From assembly GCA_900128565.1 (NCBI GenBank), contig LT635946.1, forward strand, positions 1 through 35,268: DNA of 35,268 nt, given 5' to 3'. The stretch is from Stramenopiles sp. TOSAG23-6 (taxonomy: Eukaryota). The translations under genes were made by a program, and so were the position numbers. Shown piece after piece: positions 1-12,000 of this stretch. Position 1 is the first letter of the stretch; each line of letters starts with the position of its first letter. The notes under the pieces are model-generated. The model worked only from the letters and a program-made list of their open reading frames with translations, was not told the origin of the DNA and made no database searches.

Positions 1-889
1 GAACTAAGGACTCCCAACGAAGCCTTCTATTTGTATTTAGTGTGGTATACTTTCTGTTTTCTACATTTCTGTTCTTTTCATTGTTACCTAAACGATTGCG
101 GAATGCATCTTCAAACATGAATAGACCTCTATTAACTATTTTTTGTACATGTGGTTGGAGAGCAAAATATGTTCCCCACATGGTACCACTGGTTGGTACA
201 GACACACAAATACTTGCTACGTAGCCTCTATACAAACCAACACAACCCTCTGACATGTACAAATCTCGTGCAATTCTAAATGGACTATGTCGATTATTCC
301 GAATACTACTACTACGTGTACTATTTGCTATTGGACTTGAATGTGAAGGAGTGGAAGTAGAGTTTCTATCCATTCCTTGCACCATTCTTCTAGCACTGAC
401 AACATCAATTGGAACTGCAAAAGTTTGAGCTATAATACTTGCAAATAATCCGGCAACACCAGATGCAGTCACTTCTTTTGTTTGGTCCTTTTCATTTGAA
501 CCATTCAACAAGTATCGGAGAACCGATGATCGCGAAGCTTCAAAACAAGTCACATATATCGGGCCAACAACAAGTCCGAACAGACTGGTTCCAAAACCCG
601 CATACATACCACGGATTCCTTCATATCGTCCTATCTTCACAAAAGCATCAGACATACCCCTATACGTCGTTCCAGGAATTTGTAAACGTGTCTTAACTAA
701 AGTAGCAGGGTAAAATAATGCACGAACAACAAAGGACCCAAACGGCATAAAAGCATACAAACGTTGCTTGTCAAGGTCTTCCCAAGCAACTGTTGAAACT
801 GCAGATGCAGTATTATAGCGGAACAAATGAGACGATTTTGCAGTGCCATGATTGACACTACAATCAGTCAAGCCATTAGACCCAGACAT
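1..889 (-). CDS. SLC25A44: Mitochondrial carrier family protein, SLC25A44-like (3' end outside the window)
   Basis: Manual translation from the ATG at 889: MSGSNG...TVAWEDLDKQRLYAFMPFGSFVVRALFYPATLVKTRLQ...YRGMSDAFVKIGRYEGIRGMYAGF...PIDVVSARRMVQ...EGCVGLYRGY. It carries repeated carrier signatures (Px[DE]xx[KR]x[KR]-like, EGxxGLY[RK]G), and the WEDLDK motif matches SLC25A44 (WEHLDK). The frame stays open to base 1, which explains its absence from the ORF track. Confidence 0.9.
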   Translation of the reverse strand, partial: MSGSNGLTDCSVNHGTAKSSHLFRYNTASAVSTVAWEDLDKQRLYAFMPFGSFVVRALFYPATLVKTRLQIPGTTYRGMSDAFVKIGRYEGIRGMYAGFGTSLFGLVVGPIYVTCFEASRSSVLRYLLNGSNEKDQTKEVTASGVAGLFASIIAQTFAVPIDVVSARRMVQGMDRNSTSTPSHSSPIANSTRSSSIRNNRHSPFRIARDLYMSEGCVGLYRGYVASICVSVPTSGTMWGTYFALQPHVQKIVNRGLFMFEDAFRNRLGNNEKNRNVENRKYTTLNTNRRLRWESLV

Positions 890-1254
890 GGTGCAATTGT
901 GCTAAACACAACGCAATGCCGTTTGCTAAAACTTTTGCGTTCTAAACTGATAGATTTTGTTTATAAATGTGTTGTTGTTGTGTTTTGTCTACTGCGTTGC
1001 GCTAGCGGCTAGAGTGACACATCGATCTAGATCGATTGTCAATTGACTTTTTTGTTTTCAGAATCATCGGGATTCCGATTTCGTGTATTATATAGAGGTT
1101 AAGACGTTGGACTGGCTCGCTGGGNTTATTAAGTTAGTAACATTTCCTTACCTACAGTGGCTACGTATATACTAGGTAGTAGATCCAGGAACTACAATAA
1201 AAGAAACTAAAAGTGGAAAAATTTAGCAGAAGAAACTGTGTTTCTGTAGATATA
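890..1254. promoter_or_regulatory. Probable bidirectional promoter between the two divergent transporter genes
   Basis: 365-bp head-to-head intergenic region. It contains a perfect 16-bp palindrome ATCGATCTAGATCGAT (1021-1036) and GTCAATTGAC (1038-1047). Confidence 0.45.
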
Positions 1255-2772
1255 ATGGATTATATTCGAACAATTGCTGGTTACCACAGAATAGTTCGTA
1301 GCTGGTTTCTTAGTCGTGAAAAAAATAGTAGTTATAGTGTTCTAAATAGTACTGTCGATGAGACTGAAATGTCGAAGTCTTTGCCTAGTGGCCTCTCCAA
1401 ACACACTATTAGTTGTAGTAAAGAAAGGGGGAAATCTACCAGAAATAGAGCAGCGGATTCTTTTTGTGTAAATATTCCGAAGGTATCTACCCGATGGTAT
1501 AAATCGTGGGATAGGGATTGTTCTTTTATGCTTTTAGCTATGTGTACACATGCCGCTGGATATGAATTCGTTCGCGTCGGCTCTTTGACGTTATTTACAA
1601 GCTATTTTGGAGCTGAAAAATTACCCTACATGTTAACATTTGTGCCTTTTATGGCTGTTGTGCTTATTCTGATTTATAATGAAATGCTAGGTCGTTTAGG
1701 TGCTGCAAAAACTCTCCAAATGAGTAATCTGTACTGTGCAGGAGTTGTTTTACTTCTGCTCATTTGTATTCATTTGCAAGTGTATTTATTCATTTGTGTA
1801 CCGCTGCTTTATATATTTCGAGAAGCATATGCCAGTTTTCTATCATCACAATACTGGTCATTCTTCAATTCAAGATTTAATTCGAAAGAAGCTGAAACAT
1901 TATTTGGGCCTATTGTGGGAATTGTGAGCCTATTCGCAATGAGTGCTTGCGTGTTTGTTCAATATGTTGCAGTATATGTATCAACTACGTGTTTAGTATG
2001 GTTTGCCATCATTTGTTTATATTCATCTTCTGTATTATCTAAGAAAGCATACACGATTTCAACGGTAAAGCCTAAAGATTTTGACGTTTCGCCACCAAAG
2101 TCAGAACACAAAAATAGCAATAGTTGTAATAAATTACTATCAGGTCATCGTTCTTTACAAATACATCCAATGCTCACACCCTTGTTTATAGCTACTGTAG
2201 CAATGCAAGTGACAGCGACAGTACTAGGTTTATCGTATAATAATTATCTCAGAGCAGAATTGCCATTAGATGCAGACAGATCTGTCTATACTGGAAAAGT
2301 GTACGCAATTATCAAAGGGTTTTCTGCATTTGTACAGCTATTTGGTGTATCATATTTGGTGAAAAGAATTCCTGTCGTATCATTGATATTTATGCAACCT
2401 GTAATTATGGCTTNTTCAATTATGGTATCTATTATTTATCCATGTTTAACTACCGCGTGTGTTGCGATGGTTTCGTTTAAAATCTCTGAACATTCGATAT
2501 TTTCTACCTGTAAAGAATTGCTCTTTGTGCCAATGGGTAAAGAAGCGAAATTTGTGGCAAAGGAGTATATAGATGTTGTGGGTTATAGATTGGGTAAGGG
2601 TGGTGTTTCCGCCATATTATCCATTTTATTAGGAATTTTTACTGTTACTCCTTTTGGATATAGTTGTTTGTCTCTATTAGCTTTATTGTTGTGGGGCTAC
2701 TCAACACTGCTTTTACTAAGAAGATCTAAATTATCTAATCGCTCTACACCAGCAGATATATTACCCATTTAA
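1255..2772 (+). CDS. TLC / NTT (Npt1-like) ATP:ADP or nucleotide transporter, MFS-related
   Basis: Roughly 10-12 hydrophobic helices. Motifs FGAEKLP, SSQYWSF...EAETLFGPI and especially KELLFVPMGKEAKFVAKEYIDVVGYRLGKGG match the NTT consensus KEMAYIPL..E.K.KGKAAIDVVG.RLGKSGG. First in-frame ATG is at 1255 (the ORF track starts at a GTG at 1213). One N at 2414. Confidence 0.85.
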   Translation: MDYIRTIAGYHRIVRSWFLSREKNSSYSVLNSTVDETEMSKSLPSGLSKHTISCSKERGKSTRNRAADSFCVNIPKVSTRWYKSWDRDCSFMLLAMCTHAAGYEFVRVGSLTLFTSYFGAEKLPYMLTFVPFMAVVLILIYNEMLGRLGAAKTLQMSNLYCAGVVLLLLICIHLQVYLFICVPLLYIFREAYASFLSSQYWSFFNSRFNSKEAETLFGPIVGIVSLFAMSACVFVQYVAVYVSTTCLVWFAIICLYSSSVLSKKAYTISTVKPKDFDVSPPKSEHKNSNSCNKLLSGHRSLQIHPMLTPLFIATVAMQVTATVLGLSYNNYLRAELPLDADRSVYTGKVYAIIKGFSAFVQLFGVSYLVKRIPVVSLIFMQPVIMAXSIMVSIIYPCLTTACVAMVSFKISEHSIFSTCKELLFVPMGKEAKFVAKEYIDVVGYRLGKGGVSAILSILLGIFTVTPFGYSCLSLLALLLWGYSTLLLLRRSKLSNRSTPADILPI

Positions 2773-3006
2773 AGTTGTGAAGTTTTAAAGTTATAAAATC
2801 ATGTAAGATATATATTTTCATAAAATTGATCCTTTCTCTAGAGATGTTAAATTTCCATCTTTGAATATTGAAATAATGTCCCTGGTAAAAAGATATGCGG
2901 TATTGTTTCATTTTTCTTAATGTAAGATAAAAAGTGATTCTATATATATTCGAATGATTTTTATTTTATAATTGTATAGTACTAACCTAGTTATACTATA
3001 AATAAA

Positions 3007-6000
3007 TTACATCCATGCGCTATCATCATTAACATCACCTTGGCCCTCGCCGATAGCGTCTCCACCTGTTGGATCTTTCCACTCTAGAGCACCAGATGTC
3101 AAATGTATCCAATAATATTTTCCCTTGGAGCTACTCCATTTTTTCGACCATCCTTCTTTCGGGAGAATATTTACTTTGTCTAACGTATCCGTAAAAGATG
3201 CATCAGCAAATACTATGACACGGCCAGACTTTGTATTAGCTAGTAAACTTCGTATTTCACTACAAGCAACATCTCTTACATCGCGTCCATTTATACTTAA
3301 GACATGCATGCCTTTTACTACACCTGCATCAGCCAAAGGTGAACCACCATCCTTCTTTGGTCGGAAACCATCTACCCGAGCCCCATATTCACGACCTGAT
3401 ATTTCTTCGAGTTCTACGTAACAAGGCTCACCTTTATTAATGTCTACATCAATAACAGTAGAATATGGGTTTATCCCACTAGATGTATTTACACTTGCTG
3501 CTTTATGTGGTACTGCAAATACAAATTGTCGCTCTTCATTCTTTATCTTATCTAAAAGAAGCGTAATGTCTAAATGATTCAGTTTTCTTACATCTTTTTC
3601 ATTAATACTAATCAGATGCATTCCTATCTTTGCACCCGCCTGTTGTATGTAACTACCCCCTTCATCCTCTGCTTGAAATCCAACAATCATTACACCAGGA
3701 ATATTTTTCGCAATAGGAGCTAGTTTTGTAAATGTAGGGCCAGGTGGTGCAGATATCGTAATCACATTACCATTTTTCTCATTCCTTGACCTATATTTAG
3801 ATTTTGAGTTTGAACCCCTATTTTCATTCTTTTTACTACTGGATGAACTTTTTCTTCTTCGTCTTGATACTTTTGTAAATGTCACTCTGAAAGATGTATT
3901 CCTTGCTGAGCTTTGTTTCACAGTTAATTTCAATAAGCTAGTAATATTTTGAAACGATGTGTTGGTAATATCACTACCATCAACTTTTACTAATCGCATA
4001 CCTTTGACTACACCACATTTACCTAACCAAGAATCTTTTTGAACAATTGTTACTTTTGCACCTACACCATTTGAAGAATATTCACATAGCCCTATACCTA
4101 ATGGGACGTTTGGCGGTATTTCAACAGGTCTTAGAGTATTTGATTCACCTTCTCTGTCAATGTGTACTAAAGTGCCACTAGCAGTGCTTACAATAACGCT
4201 TCCTTTACGCTTAATATTCATTGAAGAAGGTTTCGTTTGATCTATTTCATCAATTTGTTTTCGGATTTCTTTCATTTCTGTAGCAGGTATCACTTTATTA
4301 CTTTTATGTGCCTTACTCCTTAGCTGCAGCAATTTTTTCATCGATTTAGCCACAGCTGTCGCTTGAATGACACTGGTGTTGTCTGGGTTTTCCCATCTAA
4401 CGTCACCTGTATTGTCATCTACCCAATAAAAACAATTTTTACTTTCTGCATAAAATTTTGTCCAATGCCTAGTCGTTGTTTTGATGTTTTTAACTTTGGT
4501 ATTTGTTTCAAATATTTTCTTCAGTCGTCTTCCACATGGCTCTGCGATTTTACGTCTACAAATAGGAATCATCGAAACCATAATTAGAAAACCTAAAAAA
4601 ACTACACTTACATTGATTATAACTAAGGATTGACCAATAAATGAATTTGTACTCTCTACACTATCGCTACTAATCAATAATCCAGCAAAAAACACAAAAA
4701 ATAATACACATAATAAACACTGTTGTAAAACATCATCGACAATCTCATGATATGGCCTTGTATTCATTGCAATAACCATAAAGAATACCGTAATCACTAA
4801 ACCACATGCACTCCGTTGTAGTGGCCCACCCGCAAGTGTAATACCACCTGTCATGAATGCTTTTCTAAGTAACTCGCTGCATTCGTACCACCAGAATTGT
4901 CGCTTATATTGCAAGTACAGAGAGCCATACACTCGCTTCATCCTATGATAATGTTTATTATTATCGAAAGCTTCTTTTTCGGTTTCATCCATATATTTTG
5001 GGTGTATAAGTAAATGCCGTATATGATATAATTTAAGAAAATATATTAGCGGCACGCCGACGACAAAAAAGCACAATCCAATTGTAGCCACTAACCATAT
5101 TGGTGAGTATACTTCGTTATTACGGTCACATATAATACTTGCATCGGCTCTCAAATAATGAACACCATTGACTTCGAAACAGTGAAATACTCTGAAACAT
5201 CGTGTTGTGAGTGCCGGGTACATTAAAAATATAACTAGATTAAAAAGTGCTATAGCATTGTCTCTACAACTCAGTGTAGTATATCTTACTCTTGGGAAAC
5301 ATTTCTTGATAATTATGCATATAACATAAACAATAAATAATACAACTGTGAAAAATGGCAATACACTCATATGCGCCATAAAACTTCCAGCAAAGTTTGT
5401 ACTAAAACTACAAGGGGAGTAGAACGCTAAAACTGCCATAAAATCTAAATTAATGTATTTGAATTGCCTATATAATTCAACAAATTCAGGTGGAAATGTA
5501 ACACCTAGTGTAAATTTAAGTTGTGATATCACTTGCATATGGGATACGACTTGACGAACGGTTGATACTAACATTATTAGACTACCACTGTCAGGACCAG
5601 CAACTGAGTGCATTGAAGCACCAGTAGCTAAATCATCTTGTGCGGTTTCAAAACGTCTCTGGTCATCATCATCATTATTTGCTTTTTTAGTATTTTTATT
5701 TTTTTTAGTATTTTTCTTGGTTTTGGTATTTTTGGTATTTTTAGCAATTTCAGTGGTTTGATTATTATCTGGATTACTTTCATCATTGCCATCAAAAGTA
5801 ATAGGACTTACTTTCGCATGCCTTCCCTTTGACGAAATGTGCATAGATGGGAGTTTAATAATTTTACCTTTTGCACTTTCTCTAATATTTCTACCCTTAT
5901 CTCTAATCCGCCTACTAGTTTTTCGTGCAATAGATGAATTGCGACGTATTGTCTTTGCTACTTGAGTTCTACTCATATGCCGTTCATTCTTTATAGCAAC

Positions 6001-9000
6001 AATCCATTCACTATATGAAATAACGCCGTCATTGTTAATATCTATTGTATCAACCATTATATCAACCAATCTTTTGTCCATTCCTTGCTTCAATAAACCA
6101 AGTTTAAGTTCTACAGATGAAACTGTGCCAGAATTATCAGCATCAAGTTTAGAAAATGCACCACGCATATCAATATTTGATGCATCAACTTCTTCAAATG
6201 GCGGGCGTTTTGTTAGTAATACAAATGCTATAATAACACCCATAACGGTAGCAGCTATAGCAGCATATTTTAAACCATTACTATTCTTTCCTGACACACA
6301 ATAAGTGCATAAAATGCCATTGGATTCACGAACAAAATTTTCGTCACAAATTCCACATATTGGACCAGTATAGCCGGTGCTACATTCGGTCCAGTTTCTA
6401 CGCACAAACTCGTCGTTTGAAACTTTTCTTAATGGACACATACCTATATATTTCCATGCATGACCGGTACGTGGTTCGCCAGCCGCGCCTTCGCATTCTT
6501 CTAAAGTTTCAATTTTATCGACTTTCTTTGTACATTCTTTCCAATTTGTTAAATTTGAATATGTTGTACATTCTTGACATTCAAACTCGGGTCTTCCGTC
6601 TTCTTTCCACGGACATTCTAATGCACGGACTCCAATAGGATTTGATTGATAAACGGTTAAATTTTGCCAATATCCTTGTTTTAATGAAATTTGTTTTTCA
6701 GGATCCAACGTGAAATACTCTAAGCCTTCTTTCGTGCAATTCATTTCTGGTGAACATTTGGAACACGATATTGCTCGAGAATCAAAATCACTTAATATAT
6801 TCATATGAATATCTGTTAATTTAGTCACATTATACTTTGCATTAAACTTTGCTTTTTCTAATAGAAATTGTTGGTGTGCTAAAGGTTGACGGCCCTCGGC
6901 AATTTCTATTGCGGTACTTTTTTTAGATCTTTCAATCATATAATCAATATCTCCAAGATGTCCATAATAAGACAGAGGGCAATGACAGCGCATTCGATCA
7001 GAATCACCTTCGGCAAACATTCCTGGGCATCTGCCTTCATACTGTGACCCTTCAGGACAAAAGCTCTTTGGGCCACATTGTACTTTCACGCCTGGGGTGG
7101 CACAGAAGTAACCACCTGGACATGACACGGGGCTTTTGGATCCTCGAGCGCAAAACAATGCTTCCTTGTAATAATTTTCAGAGTGAATAGTATCGGCACC
7201 ACATTCATACGAGATTTCTGGAGAAGGACAATAATATCCAGCTGGGCAAGGTTGAGCAACTTTTGAACCAGGTGGACAAAAGTATGAAGTTTTTTCCCAT
7301 ATACCACTTGGTGACCCACTTATACATGCAGTTTTGGTAGGTCTACCTCTAATCCATTCACCATTACTAGCGTTGCAGATTTCTTCATTTTCTACATTTG
7401 TGAGTAATGTACCTTGTACATGCCATTTACATCCATTTTCGTTATCATCTATGCATATATCCTCTGTTTGGTGTGTTTTACATAATGTATCATCATTTTG
7501 TTTACGACAACCTCCTACATCTATACATATTGAAGATAATACATCATTTTCAATAAGGCCAGTGGATATCATACATGATTCTGTTGTAGAACATTCAATT
7601 TTCTCATTAGGATTTGGACAATAAAATCCACTTGTACATTTTGTTGGATCAACTACACCACCAGGACATACCCACGAAATTGTTGCATTCTCTAATCTAG
7701 AGTCGGGATTTGACTCATCATAAATACATGATTTTTGAGTCGCTGAATTTGGACAATAATAACCTGGTTCACATTGTTTTGGAGAAAAGCTTCCTTCATC
7801 ACAATAATCACCAGGGGTATCACATGCGATTTCCTCACTCGATGTTGGACAGTAAAATCCTTTNCGGCAAATACTTGGATATTTTGATCCTTCAGGGCAA
7901 TACTGGGCTTTATCATTTGCAGATGCTTGATCATCCATACTCCATACCCCAGTCAATGAATCTATTCCATCAATTCCATTTATTTCTATTGTTGCTTTAC
8001 AAAGATCCTCTGTTGTTCTTGCATTTAACCATACACCAACTGGTACTGTACTAGTACAAGTATCTTGAGTTATTCTTTGTAATAACGCTCCCATAAACGT
8101 CCATGTACATCCAGCTACGGTACATGTATCAAACTCTAATGTATCACACGCATCATCAGTGTCTGATGTACCACTACAACCTGATTTTTTTGCAATACAA
8201 ACATCAACTACATTATTAGTAGATATGCCATTTACTTCAATCATACATGCGCTAAAGGGTATATCACAATTATAACTATGTTTTCCCCCACGACAATAAA
8301 AACCACTGGGGCATTTTTTTGGTTGTAATGCACCACCTGAGCACAGCCACCCTGTATGTTCATCCTGTAGTGTTGCATCTACATCATCACTATTGTATAC
8401 ACAACTCTTCCGAGTACTACTGGATGGACAATAATAGCTTTCACTGCACATATTGTTTTCATAACTCCCCTCAGCACAGTAAGAGCCGTTATCTGGGCAT
8501 AAAATTTTCTCTCTTGAATTAGGACAATAAAACCCAATTTCACATAGCGGGCTTTTATTGATTGTTGCTGTAGGACAATAGTATGCTTTTATTGTAGGCA
8601 ACCATTTATTTGTAGAAGCTAGACTCACTTTTGGTAAAATTGTACATTTTCCCTTTTCACTTAGAGGTATATAATATACTTCATCCGATAGAGCAGTTCC
8701 AATAACGTTGCCGACTGATCCAACAGTGTATGTGCCTACTGGTTCTATCGAACAACTACCATCAGTAAATTCTAAAGAACCACTACTATAACCTTTTCCT
8801 GGATTGATTAACGTAACTTGTATCGTATCTAATGTGGTGATTATTTCTTCACCCTCTTCATTTGTATCTTTTCTTGTTTCAAACTCTGTCGTTAATATAG
8901 CTTTAATATCACTACCTGTGCTTTCACAAGCAGCTTGTGTTGTACTCGTATCAAACAAATCTGTTCCATCTTCAGCTATACAATTTCCAATCGGAAATTC

Positions 9001-12000
9001 TGATATGTACTGTGATGGTTCAATCCATGAGATATCATTATTACTATCAACACACTCATTTTGGTTTGTTCGCTTTGAATACCATTTACCAGTTGGGAGA
9101 ACAGTTGATTCGCATTCTTCTTGAGTTCTTCTTCCTTTAATAAGATCGCCTTTATTTTTCCAAATACAATGGGCTTCATTCTCACAATTTTCTTTCTCGT
9201 CCAAATCAGCACAAACAATCTCGCTATCTGAATTATGTATCTCTACACATTCAGTACTTTCAGTTATACAACTATCTACACTAATATTAGTACTAATATC
9301 ATTAATAGTTATGACACAACTTGAACTGTATGGATAATCACAACTGTACTTGTACTTCCCATCTTTACAATAATATCCTTCTTCACATTTAGTTGGGGTT
9401 AGTGATTTCTGCGGACAGTGCCATCCAACATGCTCACTTTGTAGCCAATTATTAGGTTTTTTTGGATCAAAAACACAACTCCTTTCTTCGGATGAAACTA
9501 TACAATAACTTCCTTGGGAACAATCACTTACTACATGACTTCCCGAAGAACAAAAACTTCCATCATTTTTACATGGAAACTTTTCTCGGGAGTTTGCACA
9601 AAAATAACCTGCAGGACAAGTAATTGGAACTGGTGAGCCTTCATCACAATATACGCTTTTTTCGGTACTAATTCCTTCCATATACTCCTGGTGCGAAGCA
9701 GAGATCCAGGTACCACCCGGAGTATTGGAGCAAGCATTTTCATTAATACGTTTTTCATACCAAACACCTTTTGGTAACCTATCCGTTTCGCATTTTTGTT
9801 TTGTGTTTCGATTTGTTAACACTACCCCAGCTAGTGTCCATTTGCAATGTAAAGTCTCACATGTAGCGGGGTTATTATGGGCAGTACAAGATGATATTTC
9901 ACATACATCATCATCTGCATTGTCCTCGTCGCCTGTATTCCACGTGCAATTATTTCCTCGACAATCTTCTGGCGTTGAATATGTTTCACACGTTGCAACA
10001 CACACATCATTACTTGTCCACGAACATCTTCTTTCAGTCATTGAATTACAATCATTGATTTCCGATATTGTACTACAGTGTGGGGGTGTTGTCTTTTCAA
10101 CACATGTCCCAGAACTCCATAAGCAATTTTCTGCAACACAACTATCCATAGTATATTGATATGAACAATCAGCAAAATCGTCACAACCTTCATTAGATAT
10201 GCAGGTATCCACACTTATATTAAAGGAGGATGAACCTTGTTGAATCTCACAGTGACTATGAAAAGGATACTCACAACTATATCTATACATTCCAAGTTTA
10301 CAATAAAACCCAATAGGACATGGTTTCGGTATTTTATTACCCCCAGTACAAATCCAACTTTTTGAAGCATCGCCCAACATTGTATCGTTTGAATCCTCAT
10401 TATACACACAACTACTTTTGCTTACTGATGATAAACAGTAATACCCAGTTGGACAAGGCAGTGGTGTACTTGCACCTTCTGGGCAATACGAACCATCATC
10501 GTCACATTTATTCTGTTGTGTTGTTGTTTCATCGCACCAATATCCAGCGGCACATATTGAATAGGTTGCAACACCCGCTGGACAATATACTGCTTGACCC
10601 AATTCTTCAGCTACAGTTACACAAGAATAATGTTCTGAACCATTTAAACAATAGAAACCACTTGGGCATTCGTTCTTCTCTACACTGTTTAGAGGACAAT
10701 AATACTGTTTTTCATCGTCTTCCAATTGACATTGATTCGATACATCTGGCGTTGGACAAAACTGCCCAATATCACAATCTCGCGGAAGAAAAGAACCAAC
10801 GGGACAATATGGTTTATCCTCTGAAGTGCATTCATTCATTTCTCGTGAACTTTGACAAAACGACCCCGTTTCGCATTCTATAGGAACTAGACTACCAATA
10901 GGGCAATAATATGCTTTGGTCATTGGTAACCAAGCAGCATCATCCAATTTTTCACATGCTTCTTGCGTTTTGTATTGTGATATCACGTCTTCTCCAGCAT
11001 ATAAGCATCTTCCTAACGGCGTTGTATCTGTTGTTTCAGGATCTATCCAAACACCTTGAATATCGTGATTGCTATCAACACAATCAGCCTGTGATGTTCG
11101 CTTTGAATACCATGTACCCTTTGGAAGAATAGTTGATTCGCATTCTTCTTGTGTAACACGTTTTACAAGTAATGTTCCTTCCGGTGTCCACAGACAACCA
11201 TTATTAATGCATGGAGTTGGCGACGAATGTAGATTACATGTTTGATCATCCGATTTGTTGGAACAGCTTGCTATCGCTACACATGTATCCATCAAAATAT
11301 TAAATGTGGTATCGTCAGCAGTTAAAAAACAAGTACCAGAATATGGATAATCACAACTATACTTGTTTTTACCCAGTGTACAATAATGTGCAATAGGACA
11401 TTTTATTGGTGTTTTTGTGTTACTTGGACAATACCAACCCACAGTTGGACCTTCTAAAAATGTGTCAACATTGCTTGGATCATAAACACATGATTTTTGA
11501 GTCGCTGAATTTGGACAATAATAACCTAGTTCACATTGTTTTGGAGAAAAGCTTCCTTCTTCACAATAATCACCAGGACTATCACATGCGATTTCCTCAC
11601 TCGATGCTGGACAGTAAAATCCTTTGCGGCAAATACTTGGATATTTTGATCCTTCAGGGCAATACTGGGCTTTATCATTTGCAGATGCTTGATCATCCAT
11701 ACTCCATACCCCAGTCAATGAATCTATTCCATCAATTCCATTTATTTCTATTGTTGCTTTACAAAGATCCTCTGTTGTTCTTGCATTTAACCATACACCA
11801 ACTGGTACTGTACTAGTACAAGTATCTTGAGTTATTCTTTGTAATAACGCTCCCATAAACGTCCATGTACATCCAGCTACGGTACATGTATCAAACTCTA
11901 ATGTATCACACGCATCATCAGTGTCTGATGTACCACTACAACCTGATTTTTTTGCAATACAAACATCAACTACATTATTAGTAGATATGCCATTTACTTC

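Noticed and set aside
42-1012. Plus-strand ORFs of 60-85 aa
   Set aside because: They are antisense to the well-supported mitochondrial carrier gene or overlap its promoter.
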